Assembly: GCA_964474445.1 (NCBI GenBank)
Contig: CAYYSJ010000004.1
Coordinates: 185 to 64,184, forward strand
Length of the DNA: 64,000 nt
DNA from: an uncultured Gammaproteobacteria bacterium
GTDB taxonomy: Bacteria > Patescibacteriota > Microgenomatia > Levybacterales > UBA12049
Direction of reading: 5' to 3'
This document shows positions 49,701 through 57,213 of this stretch, in pieces. The notes under the pieces were generated by a model. It was not told the origin of the DNA and searched no databases. It worked only from the letters and a program-made list of their open reading frames with translations. The position numbers and the translations under genes were made by a program. The stretch's first letter is position 1. The number at the start of each line of letters is the position of its first letter.

Positions 49701-52327
49701 AAAGTGAGGGTACCTGCACTTGTTGCATTTCCCGTAGTGGCAAAGATTTGAAATCGAGCAGTGTTTGTTGCTGTTCCACCGATTGCCAGATCGTCAGTGA
49801 TATTGGTAGGAGCAAGTACTCCGAGTGTTCTTTGCCAAAAACCAGATATATTTCCACCGGAAATAATGTTTTTCACATAGAGATTATTCCATTCGATAGA
49901 GGATGTTCCCAGATTATATGTATCTGTTGCCCCTGGGATAATATTTCCGTTGACTGTCACGCTGCCTGATCCATTATTCGGAGATACTATAATATTACCT
50001 GTTGAGTTTCCACCAAGGGTGAGTGGTTGATTTTTTGTTGTTTGGATAATACCTGCACTATTGAGCGTTAGGTTTCCAGCAATAGAAGCGGTTGGAGTTC
50101 CAGAGCCAGGTGTGTTATTTAAGAAAGCAAAATTAGCAGAGGAAGTAGATGTTCCCCCTAAAAAGACATCTAGAGTGGAGTTAAGAGGGTAGAGTGAGCC
50201 ATTTGAAAGAGTCCAAAAGTTTGAAGCTGCACAAGGACTCCAAGTTGGTGCTGTTCCTCCGTTGGAGGTAAGACATTGTCCTATGCTTCCTGCTGCTGTC
50301 TGCAGGAAGAGTCCTGTTGCGTCAGTATAAATAACTCCTCCTGCTGTTGTGTAGTTGGCTGATGATATAAAGCCTGTGTTGCCAACAGTAAATTTAGAAA
50401 CCCCACTACTTGACGCGCTAATAAGTGGCCCTGTTCCGGTTTGATTAATAGTGACTGCAGATGCAGCACTTGTTGCCAAAACAGCAAATAAGCTATCGAC
50501 CTCAACAGCGTGAGGTGCTGAAGGGAAATTACCATTGAAGGTAGTATTTTGGAGTGGTTTTTGTACGTCTATAATACCTGATCCATCTGGAGCGAGAGTA
50601 ATATTACCATTTGTTCCAGAGTTGGTATTGAGAGCGAGAGTATTGCCAGCAAGAGTAAATTGTCCACTGGTTGACTGAAATGTTGTAGATGCTCCAATAC
50701 TTAAGTTTCCAGAAGAATTGAGGGCTAAGATAACATTCGTTGTACCTGCTCCTGATTGGGTGATAGGGGGCATCCCTTGGAGTGTTTCTGAGTTGGTTGC
50801 ATAAGCAACTGTTGCCAATTGTTGACGGGGCGTTAATTCTGGTGTTGATCCAACAGTGATACCCAAATACAAGTTCTGATTGTTAGCAAACAATGATTGT
50901 GGAATTGTTGTGCCTCTTCCTAAGAGTATGGAAAAAACACCATTATTGTCAGGAGTAACACCATTTACTTCTTGCCAAAGCAATGCTGAGGCTGAGGACG
51001 AAGGGTCGGAATAAATCGCAAATCGCAAGTTGGTACTTGCGGTAATGGGAGAATTTTGACTATCTGTCAGTCGTCCTTGGAAGGACATGATTCTGGGCGG
51101 TGCTGTTGCTGCCAATGTTGGAGCTTCTTTTGGTTTGGCAATAAAACTATTATAGAGACCAAATCCAATGGCGGTACAAAAGACAATAAGAATTGCCCAG
51201 TTAAAGTAATGAGCTAAAGCATATGTGTGATACTTTCTGTACCAGTTAGGGCGGGTGTAGCGAACATGGTGCCATGCCTTTCTATACCAAGGGAAATGCT
51301 GTATAGATATTGCTTGAGGAGCATAGAAAGTCTTTGGGAGATTATGAGTCTGAAGCAATGGGTTATGAGCAATATTTGCAATTTGAGATTTAAGATTTGA
51401 AATTCCCTTAACATTCGTAAAAAGAGGTTTGCCTTGTATCTTCCACAGCTGTTTATGAATTAAAAGAACTCCTTTGGTGATTGGTATAATCATAACTGTC
51501 TCAAGAAGAAAATCTATTCCTCTTTCCATTTTTTGCATAAGTCGTAGAGGAGGGAAGGAAGAGTACTTCTTAACGATTAAAGGATTGTTGTCTTTTGATC
51601 CATTTTGACTAGTATTTATACTATTTTCTAGCAGAGGCTCCGGGTTACTGCTATTAAGAACTGGCGTTTCATTTAGGTTGCCAGGAATTGCTATCTGTGA
51701 AGAAAGGTATCCTTGCGTATTTGCCCAGGCAAGATATTTACGAAGAGAAGAAAGTTTTCGGTTAATTGAGGTGGCAGAAAAGGCTCCTGTTTCGAGAAGT
51801 CTCAACTTGTACTCTTCCAGAAGAGGGTAAGAAATATAATGAAAAACATTTTTCTCATCTACGCCTGCAGCTTCTTTTATCCTTGAAGTTTCTTCAACCC
51901 ATCTCAAGAACTGTTTCACATCAATGATATAGTTTTTTATAGTAAGACGACTTGCGTTATAGACATATAAAAAATCTTTAAATTCTTTTATTCTCCAGGG
52001 ATCTTGGTGAACTTGTGCTACTCGAGAGACAACTTCATCAAAAGGAGACTGGGCAATAACTCCTTGCATTTTTAGTGCGTGAAAAAACTTATGAAGTGAA
52101 GAAATATGCCTTTCGATTGATCTCACGGAATACATAGAAGATTTTTGAGCTTTAAATTGATTAATAACAGCAAGTGTTACTTCATTAGGTTGAAATGGTT
52201 TGGCAAGTTGTGCTTCGCACCAGGAGATAAAGTGTTTTACATCTACGATGTAATTCTTCACTGTTGAGTGTGATGGGGTTGGTTTTTGTAAAAGTAAGAA
52301 ATTTTTAAAATTTTGAATAAATTCCAT
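40763..52327 (-). CDS. Giant (3854 aa) surface protein: two cytoplasmic tyrosine-recombinase core-binding (SAM-like) domains + TM + repeat-rich extracellular region + conserved C-terminal module
   Basis: Uninterrupted 11.5-kb ORF. Residues ~1-210: tandem 'S..TVKNYIVDVKHFISW…SIERHISSLHKFFHALKMQGVIAQSPF' / 'LTIKNYIIDVKQFLRW…SINRKLSSLRKYLAWANTQGYL' (Phage_integrase N-terminal SAM-like pattern). TM 'YALAHYFNWAILIVFCTAIGFGLY' at ~aa 375. Then Gly/Thr/Asn/Ser-rich beta repeats incl. recurring 'TDTYNLGS…W..LY……GFWQ' motif (x4). C-terminal 'DYAEIY…PGEIVETS…LGVASTHP…IDLAGRAPVYVSTINGPIKTGDAITSSNIAGYGMKA' shared with 19472-22705. Confidence 0.85.
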   Translation of the reverse strand: MEFIQNFKNFLLLQKPTPSHSTVKNYIVDVKHFISWCEAQLAKPFQPNEVTLAVINQFKAQKSSMYSVRSIERHISSLHKFFHALKMQGVIAQSPFDEVVSRVAQVHQDPWRIKEFKDFLYVYNASRLTIKNYIIDVKQFLRWVEETSRIKEAAGVDEKNVFHYISYPLLEEYKLRLLETGAFSATSINRKLSSLRKYLAWANTQGYLSSQIAIPGNLNETPVLNSSNPEPLLENSINTSQNGSKDNNPLIVKKYSSFPPLRLMQKMERGIDFLLETVMIIPITKGVLLIHKQLWKIQGKPLFTNVKGISNLKSQIANIAHNPLLQTHNLPKTFYAPQAISIQHFPWYRKAWHHVRYTRPNWYRKYHTYALAHYFNWAILIVFCTAIGFGLYNSFIAKPKEAPTLAATAPPRIMSFQGRLTDSQNSPITASTNLRFAIYSDPSSSASALLWQEVNGVTPDNNGVFSILLGRGTTIPQSLFANNQNLYLGITVGSTPELTPRQQLATVAYATNSETLQGMPPITQSGAGTTNVILALNSSGNLSIGASTTFQSTSGQFTLAGNTLALNTNSGTNGNITLAPDGSGIIDVQKPLQNTTFNGNFPSAPHAVEVDSLFAVLATSAASAVTINQTGTGPLISASSSGVSKFTVGNTGFISSANYTTAGGVIYTDATGLFLQTAAGSIGQCLTSNGGTAPTWSPCAASNFWTLSNGSLYPLNSTLDVFLGGTSTSSANFAFLNNTPGSGTPTASIAGNLTLNSAGIIQTTKNQPLTLGGNSTGNIIVSPNNGSGSVTVNGNIIPGATDTYNLGTSSIEWNNLYVKNIISGGNISGFWQRTLGVLAPTNITDDLAIGGTATNTARFQIFATTGNATSAGTLTFNTTGSVQTTNSLPLTIGGNTTGGITLSPNNGLGTVSLAAATVALTGTNPTITTTSNNTLAILAGTGTITLGTNTTGGDIQFFSSSNKITNAGALTIAGVLTVNGTGTSQIAGTLNVNGAGASQITGTLGIGAAPFTATALDIEKNTLGNAGVIINVLNSAGDLLTASSSGTTKFRLQNSGAILSTNYTNNGGVLYADTTGLFKQTPTGGTNQCLIGGANPTWGSCGTGTNGSWWTLDTINGAIYPVNSTVDLFVGGSATNSAKFAVLNMIGSGTPTASVSSGLNGNSTYITANGTIQTANFANLTVGGSTTGDITLTPHNATGNVIVNGPTLDTTTSVFTLLGTPSNLTFAGSASTLTIGATTGTTTFRTPTIDDNRSTLTLFGTPTSITFGGAATTLNIGNVSGTTTVQGALSVNGNTTLGTNTSNTVTINGLVNQNVLPSSTTINLGDPTHYWGTVYANNFIAPVGGGTSGFWQLTSNVLSPVNAWNDLAVGGNATGSATPWQVFATTQGINTAGTATSSGGLSFRGAMTNVNLLNGSILKVQTSVGGDSGLTTQLQLNNNGDLTLGGANIKTTQGTVGLFDTTATTLNIGGGATNGINLGNANGTNTFRGNLILGSSGTNTIFPNGQFSNSIIPTAATINLGSATNNFGSAYITNLFISGTYDGLWQRFNQVVSPFTITDDLAIGGTSTSSAKFQIFSNSYTNDLGTVPAGTASTSGNITFRGSATAVNSLNGGTLAFYNSVGGDKGITLSTPSLFLAASSNIGIGTNAPGAKFDVRGQAIISATASTIDPNFDNLVIGQRPVTDNYGSIRISPQNNQFRGFKLEVYDPNTTADYFNIYDVLNNASRLYINNGGSVGIGTTSPLASSGLTISKNSLGNATFVVNQSGLGDVFTASTSGTPLFTIANDGTIKNSLIPNVTDTYNLGSDPTQGGKEWNTLYVRQIVTPANGGIAGFWQLSNGGVLAPSNTNNDLVIGGNSTASAHFQVFGSGVNIGTVAITPNDPKVNNNAGVLPAASKVINVASSDHSYMTLDNRDLTIGGHKNLQSISNIQKVLFYDTSKDSDGGRWTNDDKAPASSWYNESRTTADTCVIGTNTRCGQQAFPRKAILVVTTTNLYIFDAKDNSLWMAFNKGSGATEQMIGPTTNSTGSSIAALNGEIYFGNNGSVGGFYVIDFKHDTSYKILSSSNAGQYFVNSNTNISGRNSTTTYTLMPNIYLNTPNATINDVAVNVINGQTYIVLATAGGTNGAVTLINESLLSLVANFGPNANAQNVWLTSRGTLYATVGNSSTASNYALKIKYNAQNGSGNNTLFDEVYANQGGTTNYGATTTDNNTFSSLSLTAGPASTSATFVPTSMVVTEGTSIVDGISDTVYLGAQGSNGSVMAFQLKKGDPTNASVKYYNSNYITDDMVGDTRGMWPFNETSGNINDASVKGITLTANGSVTYSASGVRGTALTFDGSTAYLSCTNAACGGASKLDSGGTTWSYGAWYKTSGNTGRIVTKWDGSSITPAYLLSIGDLAAGKLRAAINNGGTRIIDDTQTSNDNNWHFAVVTYDGTTFKLYRDGILAGSLTTSGSIVVGTANFGIGAGGDGSTKFTGSIDGPFVKASALTPSAIIHMYQVGYHALQNHTSKTIRGVVTGADSNQKLANGNSNVSAVAANMQNGQLYVGTQGGGVSVIGLDSDTVTDLYSTSINTKDDVGTAWSTSVNNNFVQSIAAGQSYGNGIGLIIGSNNAGSGNTWMETQDTLLKEVLASSYNPFGTNLTQSNVNIDSVLRVTNQLSTRLDNLAFGATSSARFADAFRVDSNGNLLSRSLVNSPTAMQFQNASGNTILNIDTTGVNAAITVNQPGAGDIMTASASGATQFILSNTGVITASSFKDLQNTNYFLDPAASGTSLVVAGNVGIGTTNPTDSLYINTTTVATGITLNGTNAPRIAIDNSGTVEGLLGLATSGGQYSTDTIANDLVLRVQGTSQHLLFNTNGGAGSSTMALINGQVGIGTANPNYQLQLYQSSGAPTLELRGNRNGNWSVNQVIFGDELDLNRYFFNERGTNESANANWNFLYHNTASGSDAWQNLFAVLPTSLNANTYSESFHDNALWINSSGNVGIGTTNPTQQVYINGNGADQKTVVVNTTSPWGVFQVADTGSNSEASIAFISGATAVGSNPTSTNGNDHVWALGPGVGGLGGTVFGLYNRNNGYVFGVRNDSQVNIGNDSTADWVDINNHNTGNRNNNEHANNGVEIDANGGGCGNYTLYMGADNSNGGGYLQGVNICTSIAPVFINWRGGTVFLDGSGHSFDYAEIYKSNQIITPGEIVETSPDKTWNGIDITNYDASVSAAQRTTESTNGKLVQKTTTAYSHAILGVASTHPALIIEENHVTVSKNSTITPSNRPPIDLAGRAPVYVSTINGPIKTGDAITSSNIAGYGMKATQAGFIVGKAMQNFDPSNGEPGEVGIVSCPAGTPANVICGQVYVYATSTWYDPQVYLATTGDLQITDASPSADFTIPHYYSLNDVLGNPVSRMGAFLELVVGNLRAGSVQAQQVLTGSLAVTTNNVSIAGQSLHDYVAGIVNDVLAGRGNGTLSPIGQVDQIHTNLISPLASTSAIAFNLENSRLSVKNSISQQTVASFDNSGNATFSGKLNSQNLAVNGDATVSGTLHANRIEANSIVGLQATVGTLSAQNITNITNIYFATPSANVTPMNTVIGSSSISSTNSGLLSPQIGYANIASYSGFLAYVPNLSAATATFGQGLVSTGTTSLADTTVTGQLAIGTQLILAANSVNVLGGTFQIQSLAQGNVVFEGGLVAIDTNGNLTVGGNAVFAKNLAADVITPLANNKDLTLRLGDNSASASALATSTLNVQNASGSGIFNIDQLGNVIASGAANIAKLNFNAVQPALAMSDKEVVATGSAGTAAIKAHQTEVTIDDPLVTDKSLIYITPVGQTTYTPYLLRQVGGKSFTVGIPVQQYIDTTFNWLIIN

Positions 52328-52862
52328 AGGGCAGTTGTTTATCTATCAATCGATGGTTGTGAAATGGTGGTGAAAATGCTTCTAGCTTCGAAATTATACG
52401 GATTATACTCATTATCAACCAAACAATCACTACTACTATTAGATTAGAAAGTATACAGTATCTTGTCAATAACCTGGAGTAATATTAAATTGATCTAGTA
52501 TGATCTATTAAATAGGTCATGAAATTTAATTTTCATGAATTTATGAAAAGAATTTTCTATAAAATAATTCGAAAATATTGTGTTCAAGAGGCTAATCTTT
52601 CTAGAGAACGCTCCTGTTAGTTATTTATGGTGAAAAATAAAACAGGAAAATATTCGACTTATTTTCTTATGAAAATTGCCCTTTTTCACGAAAATTAACT
52701 TATACAGGCTCAATTGGCAGCAATTGCCTTTGAGTGATAGGCTCAAGATAGGGCACCTTTAGATTATTCTAGTAATCTAAAAATAAATTTAAGAGAAAAA
52801 GTGACTTTTGTGTCTCACTCTTGTAGTATTTCTGCTAAACTTTTACTATAGATAATAGGTAT

Positions 52863-53747
52863 ATGAAAAAGTATTTTGTTGTCCTGCTTTTGCTTGTCCT
52901 ATTTTTAGGAGTATCACCCCAAAATATATCTGCTGATACATCCTCTGGTAGTGGACAAGTAATTGTTAAGGTGAGTATCAATGGGTTTACTTTCAGCCTT
53001 TCAGGTTATCTTGCTCCATATGCTTCTATAACGCTTACCAGCAATGGGAATGTTTTTGCTTCGACAACTGCGGATGCTCAGGGAAACTTTTCCTTCCCTT
53101 CAGTCAAAGTTGCAAAAGGATTCTCTCTGTTTTGCCTTGATGGTATTGACTACAAGAGGCTTGGAGAATCTGAAGCATGTTTTACGATTCCTCCAGTCAT
53201 AGGCCCATTCAGTAAATCAGCAATTTTCTTACCTCCAACACTTGGCGTTTTTCGTAGTGATGTAACTATCGGGGATAATGCTCTTGTCTTTGGATATGGT
53301 ATGCCAAATGCGCTTATCAGCATTAAGTTAGACAATAGGGTCATTTGTGAGAAAACAGCCGACTCAGGAGGATATTATGAGTGTAATTTTGCAATTAGGA
53401 AAGAAGGAAATCATGAGGTGTATGCAGATTCACGCTTGAATGGTAAAGCTTCTGAACCTCAGCTTAAGCGAGTTATTATTAAAGGAGTATCTCTAACAAA
53501 AGTGACTCCTACTCCGTCTCTGGGCAACATTATTGATATTCTCCATGGGTTACCAGGTATCTTGATTGCCCTCTTTATTGGTCTTTTGCTTATTATCCTC
53601 CTGATTATTCTCCTCAGACGTCGTAACCCCTCATGGTTACCTCGAGTATTTCTTCCAAAACCTGGAGACCTTATCCATCATGGGTGGGATAGTTTTTTTA
53701 GAGAAAGGAAGCTGCACCACTGGTGGATGAAAGGAGTAGGGTACTAG
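52863..53747 (+). CDS. Surface protein with Ig-like (carboxypeptidase-regulatory/Big-like) domains and C-terminal TM anchor
   Basis: Signal peptide; 'ASITLTSNGNVFASTTADAQGNFSF', 'ALISIKLDNRVICEKTADSGGYYE' beta-sandwich repeats; TM 'ILIALFIGLLLIILLIILL' + RRRNP. Confidence 0.6.
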   Translation: MKKYFVVLLLLVLFLGVSPQNISADTSSGSGQVIVKVSINGFTFSLSGYLAPYASITLTSNGNVFASTTADAQGNFSFPSVKVAKGFSLFCLDGIDYKRLGESEACFTIPPVIGPFSKSAIFLPPTLGVFRSDVTIGDNALVFGYGMPNALISIKLDNRVICEKTADSGGYYECNFAIRKEGNHEVYADSRLNGKASEPQLKRVIIKGVSLTKVTPTPSLGNIIDILHGLPGILIALFIGLLLIILLIILLRRRNPSWLPRVFLPKPGDLIHHGWDSFFRERKLHHWWMKGVGY

Positions 53748-54450
53748 TATAAATAGCTACAGTAGTTTGTTTAAGCTAACAAGAATGCATGTGAAGAATC
53801 GTCTAGCTTATAAAAAGGGATCTAGATAGAAGAAGTGTGGGAAAGTAGACGATTATAAGGGACAAATAGTAAGTTCTACAAGAGCAATATGATGGGAATT
53901 AGACATATTAGGTTGTTTGATACAACGAAATCAACAGACAAAACTTTATTCTTATGGGACTATTTTAAATCTTAAAATTTTTTTCACAAGGTTGTTGAAC
54001 ATCTACGTATGAAATCCATTAGAAGGAGTTTGAAATAAGCCAGCTCCAGAGAATTTCACACAATGGCAATCTAAAGTACAGAAATGAAGCGATTATCACT
54101 AAGGCAATAACCCTGCTAATCTTATATGTCAATAACTATATAAACGTATCGAAATGCATCATGAAAAATGAAATGTTACAGGGTGTTTGCATCAGTTAGA
54201 CATTAACCAATCTTGAGTCTATCTCCAAGTTACTGATTTTTCTGTCTCATAATCAAGCTTTTGTTGCTTGGTAATAAGGTCTAGAGAGACTCTAGCTCAA
54301 GAGATGAATGCTTTTAGTTTTATCAAAAGTAGCCAGGTGAGAGTTATCCTATCTTCATTAGAAATCTTGACTGAACTCGTTTTGCATAAGTAGCAATGTG
54401 AGCGTCTATATGAAGCACATTATTATATATGTATTATATGCTTGCTAGCC

Positions 54451-55437
54451 TTATTCTGCAGACTGTTTCATACGTCTTTGCACACGAGTAAAAAGGAATA
54501 TGCCAACAGTAAGAAGCAAGATTATTCCAATCATGTATTGAATCGGTAAGGCAAAAAAATAGATTGTCCGGTGAAATAACGGCCCTTGTGGCGAAAGTGA
54601 GACAGTGAGTGTTGCTGTGTAAGGTCCGAAAAGAAATGTTTCAGGCCATACAGCTTTATTCTCCAGGAATTGGTGCGTGTCTTGAAGGCTCCGCGAGGAG
54701 TTAGAAAGGATATTTTGTTGCAGTAGGTCGACCTTTCCTATCAGTTGACCATAGAGATTGCGAATAAGTATCTGGCCTTGGGGTGCAATGTAGTAGGAAC
54801 TAAGATTGTGGACAATAACAGTGAAAGGAATTGGACCATTGGTCACATAGAAAGGAGCACCAAACTTTTCAATAAAGCCACGTGCTGTATCTTTAGGCCC
54901 TATCGAGAGAAGAACATTACTGGCAATGCCTCCGGCAATTGCTGAGCCTGTTGTACTTGTTTTAGCTGTTTTTGAGAGAAAGACAATTGAAAAGTAATAA
55001 TCAGCAGGTGGTTCATCTTTTGGAAGACCAACCTTAAGAGTAAGGGCTTTTTCTTCCTGGGGATCAAGAGTAACCTCATTCACGGCTGTATCACCATCAA
55101 GTACCTGAATTTTTTGAAAGATATCCTTATCTCTTAAGATAAAGTCTTTTTCGTCTACAAATCCCACATGTCCAAGGCTATCCTTAGCAGTAAAAGGGCG
55201 AAGAGTGATAGAAAGAGTTACTGGCGTATCAGCCCTATTTGTAATCGTAACAGGGTGTTTAATTGCAGTTGGGGGAGTCGCGTCAACTTGGATAATAGGA
55301 GGAAAGACACCCAAAGAGAGAGTTTCAGCGTGAGCAAAAGAGGTAAGAGGAATGAAATAGAAAATCAGTAACAGGAAAGATGCTGTGGATATAAACAGGT
55401 CGCTTCTTTTACTCATAAGTTTTAACTTCTTATTCAT
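54451..55437 (-). CDS. Membrane-anchored Ig-fold surface protein, DUF916/DUF3324 (CscA)-like (third paralog)
   Basis: Signal peptide, 'LSLGVFPPIIQVDATPPTAIKHPVTITNRADTPVTLSITLRPFTAKD', C-terminal TM 'YMIGIILLLTVGIFLF' + TRVQRRMK. Confidence 0.6.
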   Translation of the reverse strand: MNKKLKLMSKRSDLFISTASFLLLIFYFIPLTSFAHAETLSLGVFPPIIQVDATPPTAIKHPVTITNRADTPVTLSITLRPFTAKDSLGHVGFVDEKDFILRDKDIFQKIQVLDGDTAVNEVTLDPQEEKALTLKVGLPKDEPPADYYFSIVFLSKTAKTSTTGSAIAGGIASNVLLSIGPKDTARGFIEKFGAPFYVTNGPIPFTVIVHNLSSYYIAPQGQILIRNLYGQLIGKVDLLQQNILSNSSRSLQDTHQFLENKAVWPETFLFGPYTATLTVSLSPQGPLFHRTIYFFALPIQYMIGIILLLTVGIFLFTRVQRRMKQSAE

Positions 55438-55441
55438 AAAT

Positions 55442-56215
55442 CTAAAATGTAGGGATGGCTATATAGGTAATAGTGTTTGTATAAGTATCAGGTTGTTGAG
55501 AAGCCGAAACGTTTACCTTGTAGGTCACTTGGGACTGACTACCTGTTGTTCTAGTTGTTCCATTCATGACTATCTGAGCTGGTTTTCCTATTCCAGCATT
55601 GGCAAATGTTTTATAAAAGTTCGTTGTATTAAAGTCAGGAGTGCAATCAGTACCAACAACATTATCACAGCGATATCCAAATCCGTAAGTAAGTATATTT
55701 ACCCAGGTGGCTGCTGTCACATCGCTACACAAGCCACTATCGCATGTTGTATCAGGGATAAAGGAGTTGGTTGCTGTAAGAGGATTATTTTCACGAGCAT
55801 TTACTGTATAGGTAAAAGGTTGGCTACCACTTACTGTCAGCGTGTTGGTACGACTGACAGGGCTTGTTGGGTCAATTGATCCAAAATCAATGGTTGTCGG
55901 GTTAACAGTGAATGTAAACGTTGGTGTCCCACTTGGACTTCCTGATGATGTTTGGTTACAAAAAATTCCCCCATAAAATCCTGCACAAATTTTATAGTTT
56001 GTTCCCGTGAAAAGGCCAGGAGCTATCTCTCCTGATGTAAAGGTGAGCTTATTACCGCTCCCACTCACTTGTCCTGCTATGGAGTTGAAATTACCAAGAG
56101 TGATAATAAAGAAATCATTAGCCATACGAAACGCAAGTGCAACTTGCGTAATAGACAAATAGATCAATAGGCATATAAACGAGTGAAAAAGGAGAATGGG
56201 CAGGAATTTTTTCAT
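55442..56215 (-). CDS. Secreted Thr/Ser/Gly-rich pilin-like surface protein (C-terminal motif PDTYTNTITYIAIPTF)
   Basis: Signal peptide; T/S/G/N-rich; conserved C-terminal strand as in 16172-17275 and 17353-18408; 4-bp gap to downstream DUF916-like gene. Confidence 0.6.
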   Translation of the reverse strand: MKKFLPILLFHSFICLLIYLSITQVALAFRMANDFFIITLGNFNSIAGQVSGSGNKLTFTSGEIAPGLFTGTNYKICAGFYGGIFCNQTSSGSPSGTPTFTFTVNPTTIDFGSIDPTSPVSRTNTLTVSGSQPFTYTVNARENNPLTATNSFIPDTTCDSGLCSDVTAATWVNILTYGFGYRCDNVVGTDCTPDFNTTNFYKTFANAGIGKPAQIVMNGTTRTTGSQSQVTYKVNVSASQQPDTYTNTITYIAIPTF

Positions 56216-56232
56216 AGCATTTGTATAGCTGA

Positions 56233-56868
56233 TTATTTCTGTGCTTCTTGACGAAGGTCTTCTGTCTCTTCTAAGATCTCATTTAACTTTTCAACATCAG
56301 CTTCTTTTAAGTTTTTTTTCTCATTTTTCATAACATCCTCTACATCATGAGAAATCGTATCTGCTGCTTCAGTACTTCTTTCCTGAAGCTGTTGTATCTC
56401 TTCTTCTTGTTGCTCTCGATCCCTATATTCTTTGCCAAAAAAGTAGGGAAGTGGAGAAATAAAAAGGAATGATCCAAGCTGAATATAGGTACCAAGAGAG
56501 CCTCCATTTTTGAGGATTTCAGGCACAAACATAGCAATAGTTAAGAGAGCATACACAAAAACTGTTTCAGGCTCAAAGATAAACGTAATACCAAATCCTA
56601 AGAAGTAGAGTAAAAAGAAAAACCAGCTTGTCATTTGGCCGGTAGCATAGATCAGGAGAAAAATAAGAGTATTAAGGATAAAGATATCCGGAATTCCTCC
56701 CGCGAAGGTATCTTTTTTCTGTTTATGACGTATAAAAGAGAGTATAATATAGGCGAAAACGAGCCCAGCTAAGCCCTGGATAATATACTGATTGAGAAAT
56801 GTCTGTTCCCAGATGAAAACAACCACGAAAGAGCATAGTAAGACAAATACATGCAAAAGGAGTTTCAT
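56233..56868 (-). CDS. Polytopic membrane protein with acidic coiled-coil C-terminus
   Basis: 5-6 TM helices then 'EQQEEEIQQLQERSTEAADTISHDVEDVMKNEKKNLKEADVEKLNEILEETEDLRQEAQK'. ORF extends to 56928; ATG 56868 (MKLLLHV) chosen. Confidence 0.45.
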   Translation of the reverse strand: MKLLLHVFVLLCSFVVVFIWEQTFLNQYIIQGLAGLVFAYIILSFIRHKQKKDTFAGGIPDIFILNTLIFLLIYATGQMTSWFFFLLYFLGFGITFIFEPETVFVYALLTIAMFVPEILKNGGSLGTYIQLGSFLFISPLPYFFGKEYRDREQQEEEIQQLQERSTEAADTISHDVEDVMKNEKKNLKEADVEKLNEILEETEDLRQEAQK

Positions 56869-57075
56869 ATAGTGATAGTAGTGGATTTTGGAGACAGAGA
56901 CAAGAGTAAAGAACTGAGATGAGGTCAAGATTCAATAGATCAGAAAAACAGAACCGTTTTTGTAAAAGGAGACTCACGATTTTTTAAAAGTAAACCTCTT
57001 TTCGCCCTTTAGTTGCGATAAGTCCTATAATTCAAAAATTATTTTCCCATAGTAATTATGAGAAATGAGGCTATC

Positions 57076-57104
57076 TTGACAGTGTGGAGGTTGGTGCCTA
57101 TAAT
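57076..57104 (+). promoter_or_regulatory. Consensus sigma70-type promoter (TTGACA-17 bp-TATAAT) upstream of leuS leader
   Basis: ttgacaGTGTGGAGGTTGGTGCCtataat: both hexamers match consensus exactly with 17-bp spacer. Confidence 0.65.
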
Positions 57105-57187
57105 CTCCTCATGGCACAAGAATCTTTTTCACATTCTTTTGAGCTCCTTTTTGGGGTGATGAGTTAGTGGGAGAGAAAAGAAGTTTT

Positions 57188-57213
57188 CGACCCCGTTAAT
57201 CGGGGTTTTTTAA
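57188..57213 (+). terminator. Intrinsic terminator/attenuator hairpin inside leuS 5' leader
   Basis: gaCCCCGttaatCGGGGtttttt ~80 nt downstream of promoter and ~110 nt upstream of leuS ATG. Confidence 0.55.

Noticed and set aside
40802-49969. Many 60-190-aa plus-strand ORFs (e.g. 41181-41456, 48405-48746, 49182-49751) within the giant gene
   Set aside because: All antisense to a single continuous 11.5-kb ORF; Val/Pro/Ala-rich shadow translations of Gly/Thr/Asn codons.
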